Below the pieces are notes generated by a model. The model did no database searches, was not told where the DNA came from, and saw only the letters and a list, made by a program, of their open reading frames with translations. The position numbers were made by a program, and so were the translations under genes. This document shows, in pieces, positions 8,520-14,322 of a stretch of DNA of 25,245 nt (within the stretch, counting starts at the first letter, position 1; every line of letters starts with the position of its first letter). The DNA comes from an uncultured archaeon (GTDB taxonomy: Archaea > Iainarchaeota > Iainarchaeia > Iainarchaeales > DATDZZ01), in contig CAYJVY010000014.1 in assembly GCA_964373795.1 (NCBI GenBank), forward strand, positions 1 to 25,245. The letters run 5' to 3'.

Positions 8520-8542
8520 ATTAGTGATTTACTATTTTTTTG

Positions 8543-8902
8543 CTACTTTATGTATGAAACGTTTTTTCTATTTTTGAATTCTTTGTCTCCAGTTACAAAG
8601 GCGTAATTTTTTTCTAATGCATAAGTGTATCCGACTGCATCGAAAAATGAAATATTTTCTTTTTTGCTGTCTTTCCAAAAATGTGTTGCTTTGATTAATA
8701 TATTCAATTCAACGTTTACACAATATTGCTTTAGTTTTTCAAGCCAGTGGTTTGCAATAGGCGTGTTATATTCTTTATACAATATGCCATAAAATTCTGC
8801 CATTGTGATGTTTGTTATAACAAAATCATACTTTAAAAGGTCTGCAAAATTAGTGTTTCCATTGTATATTTCCATTAGTGCATACGTATCTAGACAATTC
8901 AC
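8543..8902 (-). CDS. vapC: PIN-domain ribonuclease toxin (VapC-like)
   Basis: GTG start 4 nt after the antitoxin stop. Acidic residues fall in the PIN pattern: LDT (Asp5), MAEF, FFDAV, TGDKEF. About 119 aa, paired with an AbrB-type antitoxin. Confidence 0.8.
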   Translation of the reverse strand: MNCLDTYALMEIYNGNTNFADLLKYDFVITNITMAEFYGILYKEYNTPIANHWLEKLKQYCVNVELNILIKATHFWKDSKKENISFFDAVGYTYALEKNYAFVTGDKEFKNRKNVSYIK

Positions 8903-8906
8903 ATAA

Positions 8907-9128
8907 TCACTTTAGGTATTTACTTGTATTTTTTCTATTTTCTTTTAATATCTCTATTGTTGGTTTGCTGAATTTTCCTGCGCCAAACATTTCAGTTAGA
9001 GGATTTTCCTTCTTTTTTACTTCAATTAAAACCTTTTGATTTTCATGTAATCCTTTATCTTCCATTTCTATTTTTGAAATTATTATCCCAAATGAGTTTC
9101 CCCATTTACGTATTTTTGCTTCAAACAA
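8907..9128 (-). CDS. vapB: AbrB/SpoVT/MazE-fold antitoxin (VapB-like)
   Basis: N-terminal KIRKWGNSFGIIISK matches the swapped-hairpin signature (kWGNSxgvrIPk). 73 aa, TTG start, immediately upstream of the PIN gene. Confidence 0.8.
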   Translation of the reverse strand: MFEAKIRKWGNSFGIIISKIEMEDKGLHENQKVLIEVKKKENPLTEMFGAGKFSKPTIEILKENRKNTSKYLK

Positions 9129-9140
9129 GTTAAACCACTT

Positions 9141-9155
9141 GTATAATTATTATAC
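9141..9155. promoter_or_regulatory. Perfect 7-1-7 palindrome GTATAAT-T-ATTATAC, candidate VapB operator
   Basis: Lies between the vapB start (9128) and a TATA-like TTTTATATAC on the minus strand (9161-9170). AbrB-type antitoxins typically autoregulate through such sites. Confidence 0.4.
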
Positions 9156-9368
9156 TTACAGTATATAAAATGTTCTCTCAATGTAAATCCATATTAAGAG
9201 TATTTTTTAAGGCTTTTTCTGAATTCGTTAAATGTCTGAAAGACTATTTATAAACTGGACAATAATATTTGTTTTTTTGATTTAGTTTGATTTTCTTGCG
9301 ATTATTATTGTGGCATATTTGTAACGCAGGTTTCTTTGAAATAAGCTGTTGTTTAGGAATCTTGGAAC

Positions 9369-9390
9369 AAAGCAATAATTAAATATTTCT
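9369..9390 (+). promoter_or_regulatory. A/T-rich promoter box, copy 2: AAAGCAATAATTAAATATTTCT
   Basis: The AATTAAATA core ends 22 nt before the ATG at 9408. The spacing fits a leaderless or near-leaderless archaeal transcript. Confidence 0.5.
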
Positions 9391-9407
9391 AATTCTTTTA
9401 GTATTAC

Positions 9408-9959
9408 ATGTTTTCTTCTAAAGGTCAAACCTCAATGCCTTTTGAGTTATTAATTGCAGTTATTTTAATGGGGTTTGTAATGTTTGTTGGATTAATTGCT
9501 TTGGATACTTTAAAGAAAGCTGAATTGCAGGGACAGATTCAAAAACAGTTAGAGGAAATAGTTCAAAAAGTTGAAGCAGTGAGTCAAACTCATGTTCAAC
9601 AAAACTTGTCTGTAACAGTTCATAAAGCTGGAAAAAATTCTCAAATAAAAATTTTTACTGATACTAGTCAAAGAAGGTGCAGTATTTTTTGTGGTTCACA
9701 GAAAAGAACGTGTACTTTAATTAGTTATACTGCTGAAGGATTTAATCCAATTACTTTGTGTTTAAATATTTCTGCTACAACTGTTTTTGGTTCACAGTCA
9801 AGTACTGGGGCATGTGTTAATAGAGACATTGCTGAAGAAGAATTAGTTTTAGTTGATTGGAGAACAGATGGAGTTTTAGAAGGAAAATATATTTTGGATT
9901 CTCCTCAAACTCTTTTGAAAAGTGAAGTGCCAACTATTTGTGCTTACAAGAAAAAGTGA
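9408..9959 (+). CDS. Pilin-like exported protein with KGQ class III signal peptide (first gene of a 4-gene pilin-like operon)
   Basis: MFSSKG|QTSMPFELLIAVILMGFVMFVGLIAL. 6 Cys in the globular part. A conserved 22-nt A/T-rich box ends 18 nt before the ATG. Confidence 0.65.
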   Translation: MFSSKGQTSMPFELLIAVILMGFVMFVGLIALDTLKKAELQGQIQKQLEEIVQKVEAVSQTHVQQNLSVTVHKAGKNSQIKIFTDTSQRRCSIFCGSQKRTCTLISYTAEGFNPITLCLNISATTVFGSQSSTGACVNRDIAEEELVLVDWRTDGVLEGKYILDSPQTLLKSEVPTICAYKKK

Positions 9960-9964
9960 AACAT

Positions 9965-10630
9965 ATGACTATGATTGGATTTGTTTTAAGTAAAATGAAT
10001 TTATTAATTCTTGTAATTGCTTTGTTTACAATTATTGCTTTTTTCACTTTTTCTTTAGGAGATGTTGTATTACAAAATCAAGCAAAACTAATTATTGAAA
10101 GGTATACTAAGACAATTAATACTTCTCTTTCTTCTTCAACTTATTGTGATAGAGTTGTATTAAATGTTCCAAGGTATTTAACTGGTTTTGGTGGAAACAG
10201 ATTATTTTACAAGTTAAAGATTTCAACTGTTGACACTGATAAAGATCCTTTTAATGGAAATTTTTTGGTTTTCTCTGTGGTGGATAGAGGTAAGGAAAAT
10301 ATAATAATTAATGCTGGGTCAATTAAAACTGATTCTCAAGTTCACTTGTATTCAGTTGAGGGAGGAACTAATTGGAGTAAAGCCAGAAACGAAGAAGGGG
10401 AAAGCATTGAATTAGATCCTCAGTCTTCTACTCCAGTAGAATCATTTGTTTTAGTGAAAAAAGTTGTGGAAGGCAAAAAAAATGTATTCATTGTGCCTTG
10501 TTCTTTCGGATCAACTGTTGCATTAATTTGTGAAGCAGAACTTGAATCTTTAATTGAATCCCCAATTGGAAGTGAATTGAAAACGCAGTTTGGAGATGCA
10601 TCAAATTTTGCTTGTGGATTTAATCCTTGA
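9965..10630 (+). CDS. Pilin-like/exported protein with N-terminal hydrophobic helix
   Basis: I prefer the ATG at 9965, 5 nt after the upstream stop. The track start 9938 is a TTG overlapping the upstream gene. N-terminus MTMIG|FVLSKMNLLILVIALFTIIAFFTF; 4 Cys. Confidence 0.5.
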   Translation: MTMIGFVLSKMNLLILVIALFTIIAFFTFSLGDVVLQNQAKLIIERYTKTINTSLSSSTYCDRVVLNVPRYLTGFGGNRLFYKLKISTVDTDKDPFNGNFLVFSVVDRGKENIIINAGSIKTDSQVHLYSVEGGTNWSKARNEEGESIELDPQSSTPVESFVLVKKVVEGKKNVFIVPCSFGSTVALICEAELESLIESPIGSELKTQFGDASNFACGFNP

Positions 10631-10640
10631 AGTGGGAAAA

Positions 10641-11171
10641 ATGTTTGAAAAAAAATTGAATTGGAAAGGGTTTATTGGCCCAATTGGAGATGATTTGCCT
10701 AGTTTGATTCCCTTAATTTTTGCTTTAATTATTTTTTTCTCTGCTTTTACTTCTTCATTGAATTCATTTAATTCCGAGAATTCTGCGATTAGCGTTAAAT
10801 TAGAGGCTTTAAAAATTTCTAGAACTTTAAGAGGAAATGGTTTTGTTGAAAATTTTGAACAATTTCAAAAAACTTGTGAAACAGTTAAAAATAGTGGAAT
10901 AAAATTTCAAGCAGGCTTAGTTGAATTCAAAGATGTAACTTCTTTTTCTTCTAAAAATGATATTAAATTTATTGAACCATTTGGTTCACCTCCAGTTGGA
11001 GTAAACTCTGAGGATTTCAAGTTTGTTTGTTTTTCAAATTCAGTTTCAGAAGAAGACAAGCAAGAAAACCTTCCTCCAAATGCTTTCAGCATTAACTTGG
11101 TTTACCCAATTGCTTTACAGTATAATACTGTTGTTCTTCCAGTTCATTTGGTGGTGACTGCATGGACTTAA
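10641..11171 (+). CDS. Pilin-like/exported protein with KG-hydrophobic N-terminus
   Basis: I prefer the ATG at 10641, 10 nt after the upstream stop. The track start 10590 overlaps the upstream gene. N-terminus MFEKKLNWKG|FIGPIGDDLPSLIPLIFALIIFFSAF; 2 Cys. Overlaps the next gene by 10 nt. Confidence 0.5.
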   Translation: MFEKKLNWKGFIGPIGDDLPSLIPLIFALIIFFSAFTSSLNSFNSENSAISVKLEALKISRTLRGNGFVENFEQFQKTCETVKNSGIKFQAGLVEFKDVTSFSSKNDIKFIEPFGSPPVGVNSEDFKFVCFSNSVSEEDKQENLPPNAFSINLVYPIALQYNTVVLPVHLVVTAWT

Positions 11172-11953
11172 ATTCTAGAGGGCAAGCAGCTGTATTTGAT
11201 TCATTGTTTATGTTAAGTGTTGTAACTTCTTTAGCAGTTTTATTATTTGTTTTTTCAAACAGTTATGGAAATTCAATTAACGATTCGTTGTTAAGAGAGT
11301 ATTCGACTGATTTTGTAACTGATGCATTGAAAACAATTCTTTATAGCAGTACTACTAGAACTTCCACTAATTCTCTTTCAATTGATTTAGCTAGAAATCC
11401 GGGAAAACAAGAAGTGGATTATTTATTGGCTGTAATTAAAGAAGATTTTTCTTCTTCGCAAGAATTAAGTAATGATTCAAAAATTGTTTTGAAAAACAAT
11501 GTTGAAAAAATTATGATTCCAATGCAAGACCAATTTGATTACATGTTTTTTATTGCAGTTGAAAAAAACTCTGTAATTGATTATTCTTATTTTTTGCTTT
11601 ACAAATCAGAGTTTTTATGTAGCAATCACCCTTGTCCTGATGAATTGCCTTACTCTGTTCCTGGAACAGCTGATATTAAAGCAGACGATCCTGCGCATAG
11701 ATTTTATTTATGTAATTTAGATCCAAGTAATAGGCTTACCTCTGCTCAATTAAAAGAATTCATTTTCAGATTAGGCGGCATAAATCAATCCAGTGTTTCA
11801 ATTCTTTTATACAAGCCTAGCACTGGGGTTGCAGAAACAACTAATGGAGTTATTTCTTTAGCTGTTTGGAATTCAACTTTTATTCCTGAAAATCAATTAA
11901 ATGTTTTAAAATGTAATGAATTTGATGAAGCTGTTTCTCTTTCTTCTCCTTAA
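11162..11953 (+). CDS. Pilin-like exported protein with RGQ class III signal peptide
   Basis: MDLNSRG|QAAVFDSLFMLSVVTSLAVLLFVF. 4 Cys. Its start overlaps the upstream gene, suggesting translational coupling. Confidence 0.65.
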   Translation: MDLNSRGQAAVFDSLFMLSVVTSLAVLLFVFSNSYGNSINDSLLREYSTDFVTDALKTILYSSTTRTSTNSLSIDLARNPGKQEVDYLLAVIKEDFSSSQELSNDSKIVLKNNVEKIMIPMQDQFDYMFFIAVEKNSVIDYSYFLLYKSEFLCSNHPCPDELPYSVPGTADIKADDPAHRFYLCNLDPSNRLTSAQLKEFIFRLGGINQSSVSILLYKPSTGVAETTNGVISLAVWNSTFIPENQLNVLKCNEFDEAVSLSSP

Positions 11954-12729
11954 ATTTTTTCTTTTTTCTTTACAGGTTTTTTTGTTTTATCTGTTTCAGT
12001 TTTAGGCATTTCAGGCAAGTCTTCTAATTCTTCTAAGTCTTCATCCATTTCTTCTTCTGCATCTAATTCTTTATCTAAATCAGTGTCAATGTCTTCAAAT
12101 TTTTCATTTAAAGAAATGTCTTCTAGATTAGTGTTCAATTCTTCTGTTTTTTTAATTGGTTTTTTTACTAAAACAGGTTTTACTGGTTCGGGTTTTACAG
12201 GAGGCCTTCTTTGATCAACTTTTTCGCTTGGCTTTTCTAATTGATTGAAAACGTTTTCAGCTATTTCTTGTAATTCGCTTTTCGATGGCTCTCTATTATG
12301 TTCTTCTCTGAATTGCCTTAAATGTCTTGAAGTTAGTTCTTGTTTTTTATTTTCTACTCCTTGTTTTTGTGAAGCTTCTATTTCTTGTTCTTTCAGCATT
12401 TGTTTAAATAATTCATCTGACATTGATTCTGCTTCTTTTTGATTAATTGTTTCCTCTAATTTTTTCATTAAGTCTTTGACTTCTTCTTCTTTTGATTTTG
12501 GTTTTGGTTGTCCAAAAATTGCTCCAAGTAATTGTTCAATAAAGGATGGCTTTCTTTCTTCAGGTTTCCATTTGGGCCTGGAAACTATTTCAGATTCTTT
12601 TAAAATGTCAATTGGTTTGGTTTCAGGTTTTGGTTGTTCAATTGGAGGTGAAACCTCTTTTGTTTTTTCTTCTAATTCTCTGTATTTTCGTAAAACCTTT
12701 AATCTTCTAGGTAGATCTTCTTCAGGCAA
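11950..12729 (-). CDS. Lys/Glu/Pro-rich low-complexity protein of unknown function
   Basis: 259-codon ORF with a TTG start preceded by AAGGG. Highly charged (KPEPVKPVLVKKPIKK, acidic DEDLEELEDLPE tail), with one short hydrophobic patch (FIEQLLGAIFG). The opposite-strand ORFs here look like shadow frames. Confidence 0.5.
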   Translation of the reverse strand: MPEEDLPRRLKVLRKYRELEEKTKEVSPPIEQPKPETKPIDILKESEIVSRPKWKPEERKPSFIEQLLGAIFGQPKPKSKEEEVKDLMKKLEETINQKEAESMSDELFKQMLKEQEIEASQKQGVENKKQELTSRHLRQFREEHNREPSKSELQEIAENVFNQLEKPSEKVDQRRPPVKPEPVKPVLVKKPIKKTEELNTNLEDISLNEKFEDIDTDLDKELDAEEEMDEDLEELEDLPEMPKTETDKTKKPVKKKEKI

Positions 12730-12805
12730 TTTTAATCCCTTTAATTATTTACAAGTATTTAATGATTGCAAAACTTTTTATAATAGTTTATGGATAGTGT
12801 TTTTC

Positions 12806-13384
12806 ATGGCATTAGATTTAATTCTTAATTTAGTTAACTCAATTATAAGGCTTTTATTGCTTTCACTTTTATTATTTGTTCCTGTAACTGTTTTTGCTTT
12901 AATTGTTTCTTTTCTGAAAAAAAAGCTTCAAGAAAAATATAGTTTTTCATGGATGTATGCAACCTCTATTTCGACTTTGATTTTAATGATTGTATTTACT
13001 GTAACTTTTTATTTTGGGTTTTATTTCTCAATTGTAAGTGAAGTAAACCTTGGACAAATTAGGCCTGAACTTGCAAGCCAAGAATATCCTTTGCTTCCAC
13101 AGTTTTTATTTACTGCAGAAAGCCCTGTAATTAGTTTCTTGTTTTTTTACTTGCTTCTTTTCTTGAAAAGAATTATAGTAGCACTTGTTTTAACTGGTTT
13201 AATTTTACCTCTTCAATTTATTGGTTCGCTTGTTTTAAATTACTTGAATCAAAGATTTGAGAAAACGAATTTTTTAATTAAATTTGGTTTAACTTGTTTT
13301 GCAGTTTCATTTTTAACTGTTTTAATTCTGTTGTTATTTGACTGGATTTTAGCTGGCATAATTTACTTTGTTTTATTGTATTAA
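12806..13384 (+). CDS. Polytopic membrane protein of unknown function (192 aa)
   Basis: ATG at 12806, about 20-30 nt downstream of the A/T box CTTTTATAATA. There are several long hydrophobic segments (LLLLSLLLFVPVTVFALIV, ISTLILMIVFTVTFYFGFYF, ISFLFFYLLLFL, FAVSFLTVLILLLF). The upstream part of track ORF 12476-13384 overlaps the minus-strand gene and is probably non-coding. Confidence 0.55.
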   Translation: MALDLILNLVNSIIRLLLLSLLLFVPVTVFALIVSFLKKKLQEKYSFSWMYATSISTLILMIVFTVTFYFGFYFSIVSEVNLGQIRPELASQEYPLLPQFLFTAESPVISFLFFYLLLFLKRIIVALVLTGLILPLQFIGSLVLNYLNQRFEKTNFLIKFGLTCFAVSFLTVLILLLFDWILAGIIYFVLLY

Positions 13385-13490
13385 TTTGCTCGCTGTTCCA
13401 TGACATCAAATTTCTTTAAGTATTTTTAAAGCCTTACTTCGTTGAACGTCTATTTCGTGCTCTTTATTAAAATGTTTTTGTTTTTAAAAT

Positions 13491-13515
13491 GGTTTACTTA
13501 GACACAAGGTTTACT
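13491..13515 (+). repeat. Direct repeat GGTTTACT (13491-13498 and 13508-13515) upstream of the second TA-like pair
   Basis: Two exact 8-mers 17 nt apart, 21 nt before the ATG at 13536. A possible operator. Confidence 0.3.
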
Positions 13516-13535
13516 AATATCTTTTGAGGATATTT

Positions 13536-13865
13536 ATGTTGGATATCTTTTATTTTCAAGGAATTCCTGTAAAGACTTTTACTTCAAAGGCTTTACTGGA
13601 ATTAGAGGAACATGGTTTTGACTTGTTTGATGTTGTGGAATTTTTAGAGAATGGATTTGATTGTGAAAGAAGTACTAGAAAATCAAATATTTTTGAGAAA
13701 TGTGTTGTTAGAGGAAAAAAGGTTGTTAAAATTGTTATAGAAAAACTGGAAAGCAAGAATTTGAATAATTATTGGAGTGTTAGACATATTGGAGTTTTTA
13801 TTTCAAGGAAAAATATTTTAGTGAAAGATTATGAATTTATTGAAAGAAGAAATTCAGTGCATTAA
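13536..13865 (+). CDS. Small protein, putative toxin partner of the downstream Zn-ribbon/AbrB protein (family uncertain)
   Basis: GAGGA lies 5 nt before the ATG at 13536. It overlaps the downstream gene by 35 nt in a two-gene TA-like layout. It shows only a weak by-eye resemblance to MqsR/DUF4258-type small toxins. Confidence 0.4.
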   Translation: MLDIFYFQGIPVKTFTSKALLELEEHGFDLFDVVEFLENGFDCERSTRKSNIFEKCVVRGKKVVKIVIEKLESKNLNNYWSVRHIGVFISRKNILVKDYEFIERRNSVH

Positions 13866-14160
13866 GGGGCATTTAGCTAAACCTAAAACCTTTAATGTTC
13901 AGGGTTTTGAGGTTAGAGGTTGGCAGTGCAATAAATGTGGTGAAATAGAGTATTCTGATGATATTCAAAAATATTTGATTTGGAATAAATTGAGAAAGAA
14001 TCCTTTAAGAGTTAAGGTTGGAGTTTTAGGTAGTTCTGCTATTATTCGTTTGCCTAAAGAATTTCTTAGACTTTTTAACTTGAAAAAAGGCAGATTTGTT
14101 GAATTAGTTCCTGAATCAATGAATAAAATTTCTTTAACAGTAAATGAAAAGCGTTTTTAG
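13831..14160 (+). CDS. Zinc-ribbon + AbrB/SpoVT-domain DNA-binding protein, putative antitoxin
   Basis: The N-terminus has CxxxH...CxxC (CIKGH .. CNKCGE), like YgiT/MqsA-type zinc ribbons. The C-terminus VGVLGSSAIIRLPKEFLRLFNLKKGRFVELV matches the AbrB/SpoVT swapped-hairpin pattern. Confidence 0.6.
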   Translation: MNLLKEEIQCIKGHLAKPKTFNVQGFEVRGWQCNKCGEIEYSDDIQKYLIWNKLRKNPLRVKVGVLGSSAIIRLPKEFLRLFNLKKGRFVELVPESMNKISLTVNEKRF

Positions 14161-14256
14161 AACTAGTTTTTCGAACTACTTTCTTGATTTAGTGCATTAA
14201 ACTTAAATAGTAAAATATATTATATTTAAGTTATTCAATGTATATATTAAAATATT

Positions 14257-14322
14257 AAAAGTGGCAAAAGTGGCTGAAAAGTGTGTTTAAGTTTGTTAAG
14301 TGAATTAAGGGGAATTAAAGTG
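14257..14322 (+). repeat. Phased AAGTG repeats in the promoter/5' leader of the giant surface-protein gene
   Basis: AAAAGTGGC occurs twice in tandem (14257-14274), then GAAAAGTGTG. AAGTG recurs at 14298 and 14318, the last overlapping the GTG start. A TATATATTA box lies at 14241-14249. Confidence 0.35.

Noticed and set aside
9129-9407. The long intergenic spacer as a possible tRNA, small RNA or CRISPR leader
   Set aside because: I could find no cloverleaf-compatible stems, no repeat-spacer periodicity and no extended hairpins. It is best explained as divergent promoter space (vapB operator/TATA and the 9408 promoter box).
14-11953. Annotating the locus as an archaellum (fla/arl) operon
   Set aside because: The window has no archaellin-like genes and no FlaC/D/E/F/G/H equivalents. 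The small proteins are heterogeneous, Cys-rich and pilin-like.
12476-12805. N-terminal 110 codons of track ORF 12476-13384 (Ser/Gly/Phe-rich)
   Set aside because: This stretch lies entirely antisense to the 11950-12729 charged-protein gene, so it looks like a shadow frame of low-complexity sequence. The hydrophobic membrane protein begins naturally at the ATG at 12806, downstream of an A/T-rich box.
12806-13384. Possibility that this polytopic membrane protein is the missing prepilin peptidase (A24 family, PibD/FlaK/EppA)
   Set aside because: I found no GxGD-type motif and no paired catalytic Asp in a suitable context. It is kept as a membrane protein of unknown function.
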